From: Spirochaetota bacterium
Lineage (GTDB): Bacteria; Spirochaetota; JAAYUW01; JAOAHJ01
Assembly: GCA_026415295.1 (NCBI GenBank)
Contig: JAOAHJ010000026.1
Coordinates: 11,638-75,637, forward strand
Reading direction: 5' to 3'
DNA: 64,000 nt
How positions within the stretch are numbered: the stretch's first letter is position 1; each line of letters opens with the position of its first letter. This document shows, piece by piece, positions 50,306-60,710 of this stretch. Below the pieces are notes generated by a model, which was not told where the DNA came from, did not search any database, and saw only the letters and a list, made by a program, of their open reading frames with translations. Both the position numbers and the translations under genes were made by a program.

Positions 50306-50938
50306 TTAATACTTTTCAACTAACCCATCTGAATATTCTTCATAAATTTTATTGCATTGAGAGCAAAAATAAACATTATTTTCTCTTTTTTGCAATGTTA
50401 CTCCACATTTACAAACCCATCCTATTTGTTTTGCAGGAACTCCAACCATTAGTGCAAAAGAAGGAACATCCTTTACAACTACTGCTCCAGCACCAATAAA
50501 AGCATAATCACCTATTGTCACCCCACATACAATTGTTGCATTAGCTCCAATAGAAGCTCCTTTTTTAACAAGAGTTTTCCTATATTCATGTTTTCTTTCT
50601 ATGAAAGCCCTTGGATTTATAACATTTGTAAAAACCATCGAAGGACCACAAAAAACATCATCTTCAAGAACAACATCATCATAAACTGAAACATTATTTT
50701 GTATTTTAACGCCATTTCCTATAATAGCTTTTGAACCAATATTAACGTTCTGACCAATTGAACAATTCTTCCCTATTCTCGCACCACTCATTATATGAGA
50801 AAAATGCCACACTCTTGTTCCCGTACCTATATAAGAACCAGCATCAATATAAGAACTTTCATGAACTTTATATTCTCCTAAACCATCATCCGATTTAAAT
50901 ATTTTAAGTTCACCTTCTTTTCTTAAAAACTCTCCCAT
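50306..50938 (-). CDS. Hexapeptide-repeat sugar N-acetyltransferase, WbpD/WlbB-like, with C-terminal Cys4 Zn-ribbon tail
   Basis: [59 protein letters not shown]...[10 protein letters not shown] closely follows the WbpD/WlbB family; tail CKCG...CSQC. Confidence 0.8.
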   Translation of the reverse strand: MGEFLRKEGELKIFKSDDGLGEYKVHESSYIDAGSYIGTGTRVWHFSHIMSGARIGKNCSIGQNVNIGSKAIIGNGVKIQNNVSVYDDVVLEDDVFCGPSMVFTNVINPRAFIERKHEYRKTLVKKGASIGANATIVCGVTIGDYAFIGAGAVVVKDVPSFALMVGVPAKQIGWVCKCGVTLQKRENNVYFCSQCNKIYEEYSDGLVEKY

Positions 50939-50961
50939 AAAATCTCCTTTTATTATCTCTA

Positions 50962-53451
50962 TTAAAAACTAATAAATTTTATTTCTTTGAGACTTCCTGC
51001 TTCTATAATCCTCTTTTTAATATATATTTTGAGATAGTTTGCTTTCGTTGAATTTCTATCTATAAATACCTCACAATTTCCTGAAATATTTAACTCCCCA
51101 CTTTCATATAAGTATGTTGCAAAATCTCCTTTTGCAAAAACACCTCTTTTTTTATCTATATCGCTTTGTTCAAAAATAAAAGACACTTTATTTTTAAATA
51201 AAAATGTCTTACTTTCCCATAAAACTTCCATAACCTCTGATTTAACAATAAACTTATCTTTTATATTAATAAAAAAAGGATAACCAATAATAGATGCAAA
51301 ATTTTCTTTATTAACTATTTTAGCACTTTCACCTCTTTGTATTAATTCTATTTTATCACTTTGAAGATAATCATTTTCATTGCTCCATTTTATCAAAAGG
51401 ACTTTCTCATCAAGTTGATAAGTATCCTCCTCTTTTCCTTCATAAATTAAGTTATTACAATAAATATAAAGTAAATTTACAAAATCAAAAACTTTAACAT
51501 TTTTTTCTATTTGAAAGCTACCTATTTTATTATTAATTTTGGCTTTATCACCTTTAATTATTCTTGAAGCAAAAAAAATAGATAAATCTTTCCTGATTTC
51601 TTTTGAAATTTTATCTTTATCTATTTCAAACCTAGATATTTTTTGAATATTTTCATATATAATTTTATTTGATGCAGGATAAGTAAAAAAATATAAATTT
51701 TCTTTATTTTTTTCAATCAATTCTATTTCATTTTTTTCATTTTCAATCAAAAGATTTTTAAAGTTAAGAAGGTTATCTGTATCAACTTTGAAAATATCAT
51801 AAAATTCTGGTTCATATTTATACTCGCAAATTAAAACATCTTTATTTGAATAAGCTTCTTCTTTAATAAAATCATAGTAAAAATCATCACCAATTATTAT
51901 ATAATTTTTTAAATAATTTTTTACAATACACATTTCTCTTATAGAAAAATATTGATCCGAATAAAAATCTCCTTCTTTTGAAGAAAAAAATATATAATTT
52001 TTTATTTCCTCTTTTTCTCTTAAATTTTTAAAATTTCTAAGTTTAAAATCTTTATCAAAAAAAATTGAAAAGTTTAAATAATAATAATTTTTCTCATTAT
52101 TATATAAATAATTAATTTTAGAAAAATCGATTTTACTTTTCTCTTTATCAACTTCAATTACATAATTAAAAGCATTATTATAAGAAAATCTGTAGTATGT
52201 TGCTTTTATATCACTTTTCTTATTAGACTCGTTTTTTTTATCCCTAATAGCTAGATTCCTATTTACAAATTCATATTCAAGGTATGATCCATCTGAATAA
52301 AATAGAGTATTTTCAGATAATCTAGTTAAATTTCCCTTATTTATCTTTAATATGTAATTTTGTCCATAATCTTTATATGTAAAAACACCATTATTTCCAT
52401 AAAAGTGGATTCTATCATCTTTGCTCTCATAAATAACAGTAGCTGAATTATAAATATAATCTAATGTTTTTATTTCAATGTTAGAATTAATAATACTTGA
52501 ATTTTCTAAACTATTTTCATTTTGTTCTTTATTTACATCTTTTTCAGGTAATTCAATTTTGAATTTATGAGATCTTCCTGCTCCTCTAAAAGATAACTTT
52601 TTATTATAGTCAAAAATTAAATAATCTCCACTTTCAATTTCAATATATGTATTTAAATTTTCCCTTTTTATAGATACAAATTCTCCCCTAAAATCTATTC
52701 TATTATTTTTGTTAGATATTTCACCTTTTACATTATTCTTAAATGAAACTTTCAAATTATTATTATCTAAAATAATAAAATCAGATTGGACAAAAATGTT
52801 TTCATCATTCTGGTTAACTCTATCATTAATACTTTTTATTTTAGAATCATAAAAACAGTTAATTATTTTTTTTTCTAGATCAATCAACATTATATCTGAT
52901 AAAATTTCAATGTTATTATTATAGTCAACTATTTTAGCATTTTTACTTATGGAAACATTTTTCACTTGTTCAAGAGAATTTAATTTTATAAGATCACCTG
53001 AAATAGTTTGTATTATTTTCCCACTATTATATACATTTATTAACCCAGTTTTTACGAGAACATACTTCCTATTATTTAATTTGTTATAAACAGAATAAGC
53101 TTTTTCTCCTGATACAGAAACATCAAGAATAAATTCTCCTTGATTTTCAATAAATCTTTCAATAAAAAATTTATTAATATATAACTCTTTTTTCAATAAA
53201 AAAGTTTGATTAAACTCATTTTCTATCTGATCAATAAATGATAAATTTTTAATTATCTCATCATCTACTTTATAAATTTCTTGATTAATTGAACTATTTA
53301 CTTCACTCTTTCTATTTTTATTTACTATAATTAAAAACAAAACAACAAAAAGAAAAAATATTAAAATTAAAAAAATTAAAAAGGGTCTTTTGATAAATTT
53401 TAATTTTCTTAATTTTAATAAACTATTAAATATATTATTTAAATTGTACAT
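50962..53451 (-). CDS. Large hypothetical protein with N-terminal signal-anchor (829 aa)
   Basis: Single N-terminal TM ([20 protein letters not shown]), long beta-rich N/K/I extracytoplasmic region with vague LptA/OstA-like repeating pattern; no confident domain. Confidence 0.6.
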   Translation of the reverse strand: MYNLNNIFNSLLKLRKLKFIKRPFLIFLILIFFLFVVLFLIIVNKNRKSEVNSSINQEIYKVDDEIIKNLSFIDQIENEFNQTFLLKKELYINKFFIERFIENQGEFILDVSVSGEKAYSVYNKLNNRKYVLVKTGLINVYNSGKIIQTISGDLIKLNSLEQVKNVSISKNAKIVDYNNNIEILSDIMLIDLEKKIINCFYDSKIKSINDRVNQNDENIFVQSDFIILDNNNLKVSFKNNVKGEISNKNNRIDFRGEFVSIKRENLNTYIEIESGDYLIFDYNKKLSFRGAGRSHKFKIELPEKDVNKEQNENSLENSSIINSNIEIKTLDYIYNSATVIYESKDDRIHFYGNNGVFTYKDYGQNYILKINKGNLTRLSENTLFYSDGSYLEYEFVNRNLAIRDKKNESNKKSDIKATYYRFSYNNAFNYVIEVDKEKSKIDFSKINYLYNNEKNYYYLNFSIFFDKDFKLRNFKNLREKEEIKNYIFFSSKEGDFYSDQYFSIREMCIVKNYLKNYIIIGDDFYYDFIKEEAYSNKDVLICEYKYEPEFYDIFKVDTDNLLNFKNLLIENEKNEIELIEKNKENLYFFTYPASNKIIYENIQKISRFEIDKDKISKEIRKDLSIFFASRIIKGDKAKINNKIGSFQIEKNVKVFDFVNLLYIYCNNLIYEGKEEDTYQLDEKVLLIKWSNENDYLQSDKIELIQRGESAKIVNKENFASIIGYPFFINIKDKFIVKSEVMEVLWESKTFLFKNKVSFIFEQSDIDKKRGVFAKGDFATYLYESGELNISGNCEVFIDRNSTKANYLKIYIKKRIIEAGSLKEIKFISF

Positions 53452-53472
53452 TAATTAAATTAATAACACAAA

Positions 53473-53700
53473 TTAATTTTTAATCAACCTTTCAAGTCTT
53501 GCTCTATCAAAACCTATTATAATTTCACCATTAAAATCTATAACTGGAACACCAGTTTGGCCTGATTTTTTAACCATTTCTAAAGCTCTAGAGTAATCTT
53601 TACTAACATCTACATCTTCAAAATCAATATTTTTTGATTTTAAAAATTGCTTTGCTAACTGACAATATGGACATGATGGTGTAGAATAAACAATTATCAT
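53473..53700 (-). CDS. Glutaredoxin-like protein (NrdH/YruB family)
   Basis: 75 aa, CPYC active site, TGVPVIDFNGEIIIGF. Confidence 0.8.
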   Translation of the reverse strand: MIIVYSTPSCPYCQLAKQFLKSKNIDFEDVDVSKDYSRALEMVKKSGQTGVPVIDFNGEIIIGFDRARLERLIKN

Positions 53701-53843
53701 ATATTCCTCCTAATTTAATTTATCTCTAAAATAAATATAACAATACAAGTTTATATTGTCAACTATTAATTTTTTTTTAATTTATTAAAAATTTCATACT
53801 ATTTTTTATTGATTTTTATTTTTCTTTTTGTTATTGTTTATTT

Positions 53844-54344
53844 ATGAAAAATATAGAAAAAAATGAAATTAAAAATATTAATTTGAATAATATTTTTGAA
53901 AAGATAGAGCAAATTTATAAAATGTTTATTATTTGTAAAAAAAGAATAATTAAAAATTTAAATATTACTCCAGTAGAAACAAAAGTTCTTGATTTAATAA
54001 ATAGCAATATTAATTGTAATCAGATGAGCATTGCAAAAGCGCTAAAAATAAATAAATCAAGAGTGACAAGAATAGTCTCAGAATTACTTGAAAAGAAGCT
54101 TATTGAAAGAACACCATCACAAGATGACAGAAGAGTATATTGTTTAAAACTGACTTATTATGGTCAAGAGATTCTTCAAAAAAATAAACAACTTTGTTCA
54201 ACTCTTTTTGAAAACTCCATATTAAGCAATCAATCTTCAGAAGAATATTTACAAGACTTTTACAATTGTCTTACAAAATTTTTAGAAAAACTTGAAGAAT
54301 TTGAAAAAGAACTATCTTTAAAGAGCAAAAAACTTTATTTTTAA
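53844..54344 (+). CDS. MarR-family transcriptional regulator
   Basis: MSIAKALKINKSRVTRIVSELLEKKLIERTPSQDDRRVYCLKLT winged-helix MarR signature; divergent from the glutaredoxin-like gene. Confidence 0.85.
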   Translation: MKNIEKNEIKNINLNNIFEKIEQIYKMFIICKKRIIKNLNITPVETKVLDLINSNINCNQMSIAKALKINKSRVTRIVSELLEKKLIERTPSQDDRRVYCLKLTYYGQEILQKNKQLCSTLFENSILSNQSSEEYLQDFYNCLTKFLEKLEEFEKELSLKSKKLYF

Positions 54345-54405
54345 TCTTTTAAAGTAGAAAATATTACAAAATATTATTTTAATTTAAATTTAATTTATTT
54401 TTAAT

Positions 54406-55113
54406 TTAATATGAGTTTAAATTAAAATAAGAGCATTGCTTGCCAAAATAGTCATAACCAATATTTGGGTTATTGGGGTCAATTATCTCTTTTGAATAAT
54501 CAATAATAAACCTATAAAAATATCTACCTGGTTTAAGTTTCAAACTTATTTTCCAAAATCCATCTTCTTTATAAAGTAAATATTCAAATGGATTCCAGTT
54601 ATTAAATGAACCTGCAACATGAACAAACTTTTGGCCTTTGTCCTCCATCCAAAAAGTAACAGTTCCATCATTATTCACAACCGGTGAAATAGAATAAAAA
54701 TTTACATCTTTTGGAATTTCTAATAATGATAATTGGTGGTCATTATTATCTCTATAAGTTCTTGAGTTATTAGGATCAAGAATCCAAAAATTATCCACAT
54801 TAAATTTATAGACATAAAAACCTTTTTTTAAAGGTTTTTTTAAAAAATAGTACCATATATCGTAAAAAGACTTTTTCATACTTTCCATATACTGCCAATC
54901 AAAAAATGAGCCAGATATTTTTACTATTTTTCCTGGTCCAGAGTAAGTAAACAAAACTCCATTAGAATAAATTATTGGTTCTGAAGCTTTAGATATATTG
55001 TTTAAATTATTTTCATCTATTTTAGTATTTGTAAAATCGATATAACCTAAAAAAATAGAAGATAAAAATAAAATTAATAATAAAACTTTTATTTTACATA
55101 ATTTAAAATACAT
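54406..55113 (-). CDS. Secreted protein with two tandem CBM48/AMPK-beta-like carbohydrate-binding modules
   Basis: Signal peptide; repeats GSFFDWQ...GFYVYKFNVDNFWILDPNN and GSFNNWNP...GRYFYRFIIDYSKEIIDPNN match the GSFN-W...G.Y.YKF.VDG.W..DP.N glycogen-binding pattern. Confidence 0.55.
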   Translation of the reverse strand: MYFKLCKIKVLLLILFLSSIFLGYIDFTNTKIDENNLNNISKASEPIIYSNGVLFTYSGPGKIVKISGSFFDWQYMESMKKSFYDIWYYFLKKPLKKGFYVYKFNVDNFWILDPNNSRTYRDNNDHQLSLLEIPKDVNFYSISPVVNNDGTVTFWMEDKGQKFVHVAGSFNNWNPFEYLLYKEDGFWKISLKLKPGRYFYRFIIDYSKEIIDPNNPNIGYDYFGKQCSYFNLNSY

Positions 55114-55202
55114 ACAAGTACTCTTTTATTTTATTTTTCAATGTTTATTATACTTTTCGAAAGATTTAAAATTAGGTTTAATTTTCTTTGAAAATTTTTT
55201 TA

Positions 55203-57590
55203 TTATTTAGATATAATATTACCAAATGAAATATTTTCTTTCTTTGAAATAACCACAGCTTTAGCAACATCATTTGTAACTTCAGTTACTTTAATAATAG
55301 CAATCATTATATAATTATTATTTTGATCCACTTTATACACTTTTAATTCGTCCCCTACTTTTACTGAACCTATTTTTTCAATTCTAAATCTTAAAACCTC
55401 TGTGTCTTCACTATAGAAAATAACTCTTCCAAGGATCTCAAATTGGGCTTTCTCTATAAGTGTTTGCGCAGTTATAACTGTTTGGCTTACATTTTTCAAA
55501 CTTTCTGCAATTTTTTCATCTATTCTTTTTAAAATTTCAATTACCTGTTTTGTGTAAGAATTACCAGGATACTTCAAAATTATATCATAAGCTTTTACTT
55601 TAGCTTTATTATAATCACCTGTTTCATATAATGAATTTAGTTCCCTAAGAAGTTTTATAACCTCATTATCCATTCTACTTAAATCTAAAGATTTCTGAAA
55701 ATTATAAGCTATGTCAATAACAGATGGTAAATTAGAAGAAAATGAATAATTTTTTATAAAACTTCTACAAAGATCAATACCTTCTTTAAACTTGTTTTCT
55801 TGTTGAAGTCTTAATATTTCTTCGTACACTTTTGAAGCCTCATTTTCCAAATCTTGTTTTTCTTTTTTATCAATTAATAAATATGAAACTTTAATAAAAT
55901 TTTCCATACTTTGTTTATCAATTTCAGTAGCGACAAAATAGTTTGAAAAAGCTTTTCTATATGTATTGAAAGCTTCTTCATATCTTTTGTTCTTAAAATA
56001 ATCATTAGCTAAAGTTAAGAGCTTAACCTTTTCATTATAATAATTCTCTTCATTTTGTAATTTATTTATAAAAGATGAAAATGTATCAACCAAAGATACA
56101 TAGTAATTTCTTCTTTCATTATCAATCTTTTTACTATCTTGAGAATTTGTTAAATAATCCTTAAAATCATTTAACTTTTTAATCGCTTTATCGTAATCTT
56201 TCTTTCTTATTTGATTTGAAACATCAAGCAAATAATCTGATATATTTTGTTGTATTTTTAACTCTTCTGTTGACATTATTTGAACCTGAGAAAGTTTTTT
56301 TTCAAGTTCCTGACTTTTTTTCTTTTCCTCTTCAAGTTGTTTTTCAAGGGAAGATATTTGTGATTTTGTTTCCTCTATATTTTTTTCCTTCTCTTTTATT
56401 TGGTTTTGATAAACCTCTTTATCCTGTTGTAATTTTTTCTCTACTTCAGCAACTTTACTTAAGTATTCTTGTTTTGCTTTCTCAACTTCATTTCTCAAAT
56501 CATTCATCTGTTTATTATAATTTGAATTAATTTCTGAAACTATTTTATCATATTCTTCTTTTGAAATTGTATTATTTTTTAATAACTTTTTTTGTTCTTC
56601 AAGTTTAGCAAGATACTCTTCGTAAATTTTTTTCTGCCTTTCTTCAAGTATCTTATCTTGATTTTTTAAAAACTCTTCCTTTTCTTTATTTACCTTTGTT
56701 AACTCATCCTGAACCTGAGAAAGCATTGATTCTAACTTTTTCTTTTCTTCTTCTTGTTTTCTCTTTAACTCTTTAATCAGTATTGCTTCTATGCTTTCAA
56801 TTTTGGCTACCTTTTGACTTCTTTTTATTTCTTCATTTTTAGAATAGATCAAAAAACCACCAAAAGCTAATCCTGAAACAGTTATTAACAAGATATAGAG
56901 AAAAAATATTGTTTTAGTAAAGGAGATAGTATTTTTCAAATAAAATGATATTCTTTTTCCAACATCACTTATTTTTAAAGATTCAGAAATCCTCTCAATC
57001 TCTTCAAAAATTCTTTTTTTATCTTCTTCAGTTCCTAAATACTCATCATCAGACTCACTTTCTTTATCATTCCCTGAATTTTTTATAGCCCAAATTTCTT
57101 CCTCTGCTTTTCTTATTTTTTTATCCTCAATATTGTTTTTAATAATATTTCTATCTTTTTCATTATTATCATTTATAGCTTTATTTAATTCTCTTGAATA
57201 TTCTTTTAATTCTTTAATGTTAATTTTATTAAAATTTCCTAAACTTATATCCTTTATAATAGAAGATAAATCAATTAAAAATATTTCTTCATTCTTATAT
57301 CTTATAATTCCATCAATATATTTATATTTAATATTCATATCAATATCGAATTCATTAATTTTTAACTCTTCAATATCATCTGAGAGTTTAATAACAAAAT
57401 TATTTAATATAATACTAAAATATTTTTCTTTACTAATGATACTATCAGTTATCTCCGTAAAAATATTATCTAATTCTATTTTATTTTTTGCATTTATAAA
57501 GTAATTTTCATCAACTTCTTCATGTAATAGATCTTTTAAAATTCCTACCTTAATTTTTCTATAGTTAATAATTAAAATATTTTTCATCAT
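55203..57590 (-). CDS. Large membrane protein: N-terminal CheW-like-looking domain, one TM, ~300-aa K/E-rich coiled coil, TPR-like region (795 aa)
   Basis: TM FFLYILLITVSGLAFGGFLIY; heptad-rich EEEKKKLESMLSQVQDELTKVNKEKEE...; domain calls by eye only. Confidence 0.55.
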   Translation of the reverse strand: MMKNILIINYRKIKVGILKDLLHEEVDENYFINAKNKIELDNIFTEITDSIISKEKYFSIILNNFVIKLSDDIEELKINEFDIDMNIKYKYIDGIIRYKNEEIFLIDLSSIIKDISLGNFNKINIKELKEYSRELNKAINDNNEKDRNIIKNNIEDKKIRKAEEEIWAIKNSGNDKESESDDEYLGTEEDKKRIFEEIERISESLKISDVGKRISFYLKNTISFTKTIFFLYILLITVSGLAFGGFLIYSKNEEIKRSQKVAKIESIEAILIKELKRKQEEEKKKLESMLSQVQDELTKVNKEKEEFLKNQDKILEERQKKIYEEYLAKLEEQKKLLKNNTISKEEYDKIVSEINSNYNKQMNDLRNEVEKAKQEYLSKVAEVEKKLQQDKEVYQNQIKEKEKNIEETKSQISSLEKQLEEEKKKSQELEKKLSQVQIMSTEELKIQQNISDYLLDVSNQIRKKDYDKAIKKLNDFKDYLTNSQDSKKIDNERRNYYVSLVDTFSSFINKLQNEENYYNEKVKLLTLANDYFKNKRYEEAFNTYRKAFSNYFVATEIDKQSMENFIKVSYLLIDKKEKQDLENEASKVYEEILRLQQENKFKEGIDLCRSFIKNYSFSSNLPSVIDIAYNFQKSLDLSRMDNEVIKLLRELNSLYETGDYNKAKVKAYDIILKYPGNSYTKQVIEILKRIDEKIAESLKNVSQTVITAQTLIEKAQFEILGRVIFYSEDTEVLRFRIEKIGSVKVGDELKVYKVDQNNNYIMIAIIKVTEVTNDVAKAVVISKKENISFGNIISK

Positions 57591-57798
57591 TATAGCTCCT
57601 ATTCTAAATATAAGATTAAATTAAACAAAAATATGTAAATAATAGTTATATATATTTTTATAAATATAATTATATCATAAAATTTTATTTTTTCTATATT
57701 TTATAATTCTTTTATAAATTTTTATATTTACTTTTTTTTTTATTTTATTAGATTAAATTTTAAAAACAACAATTATGTATGGTATGTTAAAATAAAAA

Positions 57799-58515
57799 AT
57801 GGACAAAAAAAAAATTAAAATAAAATTTATATATTGTCTTAAATATTTTTTACTTTTATTTTTATTTATGAACTTATTATCATGCAAATCAATTGGTTTC
57901 TATAAATCAATCTCTGAATCTTTCGTTAATATAAGTTATAGATTATTTACAAATAAAGATCTAAATATTATATTTGGAGTTATAGATAAAATATCGGTCC
58001 CTCTTTTTAGTCAACAGATTGAAAATCCTATCTCAAATTTTTTTTCTATTTTAACCCCTTTTGATATACTTCCTGAAATTAAAAAATCTGAGCAAATTAC
58101 ACTTTATCCTTGCTTTTTAAGTTTAACCGTTTTAAACTTATTAGAAAATAAGTTAACTGATAAAATTGATATAATAGATTTATATAACATTTTTAAGCAA
58201 TCTCTACTTTATTGTTTTGAAGAAAAAGTTATTTATAAAAGTTTAAGTTTATCATCAATAAATTTAATATCTATTTATAAATTCAATCAAACAATCCCTT
58301 TAATGAATTTCTTAATGAATCACATTAATTATAATGAAAAAAAACTCTATGAAACCATAGAAAAATATAAAAATAAAGAAATAGGGAAAATAAAATATTT
58401 AAATTTGAATTTTGGATACTTTTTTCTTTTTAAGAATCAAAATACTTTTGAAAAAAATAAGATCTTAATATTCTCAAATAAAAAAGAATTAATAAAAATT
58501 AAAATTCATTATTAA
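57799..58515 (+). CDS. Hypothetical lipoprotein
   Basis: Signal peptide with lipobox LLSC; no other motifs. Confidence 0.5.
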   Translation: MDKKKIKIKFIYCLKYFLLLFLFMNLLSCKSIGFYKSISESFVNISYRLFTNKDLNIIFGVIDKISVPLFSQQIENPISNFFSILTPFDILPEIKKSEQITLYPCFLSLTVLNLLENKLTDKIDIIDLYNIFKQSLLYCFEEKVIYKSLSLSSINLISIYKFNQTIPLMNFLMNHINYNEKKLYETIEKYKNKEIGKIKYLNLNFGYFFLFKNQNTFEKNKILIFSNKKELIKIKIHY

Positions 58516-58519
58516 AATC

Positions 58520-60502
58520 CTACATACTCTTAAGCTCATTTATTTTTTCTCTTAAAAATATTGCATTTTCAAAATTCCATTTTTTTGCTTCCTCTTCCAT
58601 AAGATCTTTCAAAATTTTTATAAGTTTTTTTCTATCCTCTATATTATATATATTATAACTTTCAAGCAAATCTTCATAAACAACATCTTTTTTAATTTCT
58701 TCTTTTTTTATTTTTTCCCTTTCAATAAATTCAGATTTCTCTTTACTTATCGATTTAGGTATTATTCCATATTTTTCATTATATTCAAGCTGTATTTTTC
58801 TTCTCCTTCTTGTCTCTTCTATAGCAACTTTCATAGAATCAGACACATTATCACAGTACATTATTATTTTTCCATTAACATTCCTTGCTGCTCTACCCAT
58901 CATTTGGATTAAAGATTTTTCTGATCTTAAAAAACCAACTTTATCAGCATCAAGAATAGCAACAAGTGAAATCTCAGGGATATCTATCCCCTCCCTTAAA
59001 AGATTTATCCCTACAAGTACATCAAATTTCCCATTTCTATAATCTGATATAATTTCAACTCTTTCTAAAGTTTTTATTTCTGAATGTAAATATTTTGCCT
59101 TTACACCTTTTTTTAATAAAAATTTGGTAAGGTTTTCTGCATTTTCTTTTGTCAAAGTTAAAACAAGAACTCTTTCATTTACTTTTATCCTACCTTCAAT
59201 CTCTTTTAATAAATCATCCATCTGTCCTTCACTTTTTCTAACTTCAATTTCTGGATCAACTAATCCTGTTGGCCTTATGATTTGCTCTACTATTATGTAA
59301 GAATTCTTCTTTTCATATTCACCTGGTGTTGCCGAAACAAAAATTATTTTTTTAAAATATTTTTCTACTTCATTAAATTTTAAAGGTCTATGGTCTAAAG
59401 CTGATGGTAATCTAAACCCATATTCAACAAGTATCTTTTTTCTTGAATAATCCCCATGATACATTCCAATAAGTTGTGGAATAGTTACATGTGATTCATC
59501 AATAATTATTAAAAAATCTTCAGGGAAATAATCAAGAAGAGTAAAAGGTGGTTGGCCAGGAAGTCTACCAGAAAAATATCTTGAATAATTTTCAGAACCT
59601 TTAACATACCCCACTTCTGTTAACATTTCTAAATCATACATAGTCCTTGACCATAATCTTTTTGCTTCTATTTCCTTTCCCTGTTTTATTAATTCATCAT
59701 ATCTTATTTTTAGCTCTTCCTCTATCTGTTTAATAGCAATCTTTCTTACCTCTGGAGTAGTTACAAAAAAATTTGCAGGATAAAGATAAAATTCACTTAT
59801 CTCCTCTATTTTATTACTGGATAAAGGATCTATTATATAAATTTTCTCAATAATGTCACTAAAGAAAAATACTCTAATAGCATCTTTAGAATAGGCTGGA
59901 AATATATCAAGAATATCTCCTTTTAATCTAAACTTACCTCTTACAAAAGAAATATCATCCCTTTGATAATAAATAGATAAAAGGTTATATAATAAATCAT
60001 TAATTTTTATCTTTTGATTTTTATAAATATGTATTCTTTGTTTCTTGAACTCCTCTGGATTTCCTATACCATAAATACAGGATACTGTTGCAACAATAAT
60101 CACATCTCTTCTTGAAAGAAGAGCTTCAGTGGCTTTAAGTCTTAATCTATCTATCTCTTCATTTATTGAAGAATCTTTTTCTATATATAAATCCCTTTTT
60201 GGAAGATATGCTTCTGGTTGATAATAATCGAAATTTGAAACAAAATACTCAACTCTATTTTCAGGAAAAAAATTTTTAAATTCTCTATATAGTTGTGCTG
60301 AAAGAGTTTTATTATGAGAAATTACAAGAGCAGGAAGACCTAATTTCTCAATAATGTTAGCACAGGTAAATGTTTTGCCTGAACCTGTAACTCCAAGAAG
60401 TGTTACTTTTGTTTTACCTTTTTCAAAAGATTCTATAATTTGCTCTATTGCTTTTTGCTGGTCATAAGCTGGTTTAAAACTCGACTTTAATTTATAATTC
60501 AT
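58520..60502 (-). CDS. uvrB: Excinuclease ABC subunit B
   Basis: FKPAYDQQKAIEQI, Walker A GVTGSGKT, DESH box, beta-hairpin, helicase motifs, C-terminal UVR domain. Confidence 0.95.
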   Translation of the reverse strand: MNYKLKSSFKPAYDQQKAIEQIIESFEKGKTKVTLLGVTGSGKTFTCANIIEKLGLPALVISHNKTLSAQLYREFKNFFPENRVEYFVSNFDYYQPEAYLPKRDLYIEKDSSINEEIDRLRLKATEALLSRRDVIIVATVSCIYGIGNPEEFKKQRIHIYKNQKIKINDLLYNLLSIYYQRDDISFVRGKFRLKGDILDIFPAYSKDAIRVFFFSDIIEKIYIIDPLSSNKIEEISEFYLYPANFFVTTPEVRKIAIKQIEEELKIRYDELIKQGKEIEAKRLWSRTMYDLEMLTEVGYVKGSENYSRYFSGRLPGQPPFTLLDYFPEDFLIIIDESHVTIPQLIGMYHGDYSRKKILVEYGFRLPSALDHRPLKFNEVEKYFKKIIFVSATPGEYEKKNSYIIVEQIIRPTGLVDPEIEVRKSEGQMDDLLKEIEGRIKVNERVLVLTLTKENAENLTKFLLKKGVKAKYLHSEIKTLERVEIISDYRNGKFDVLVGINLLREGIDIPEISLVAILDADKVGFLRSEKSLIQMMGRAARNVNGKIIMYCDNVSDSMKVAIEETRRRRKIQLEYNEKYGIIPKSISKEKSEFIEREKIKKEEIKKDVVYEDLLESYNIYNIEDRKKLIKILKDLMEEEAKKWNFENAIFLREKINELKSM

Positions 60503-60710
60503 ATCTTGTTTTTTATTCCTTTTATTATGCTTATTTCTATTATTATGATTTCTTATTATGAATAATTAAACATTCTTTTAATTTAAATATTATTTTTATA
60601 TAATTTTAATCTTTATAATAAAAAATTATCTAATAACTATCTATTAAAATAAAAACTTACATATATTCTAGAAATTATTAAGTTTTTATTAAAACACCGA
60701 AAAATAAGAT

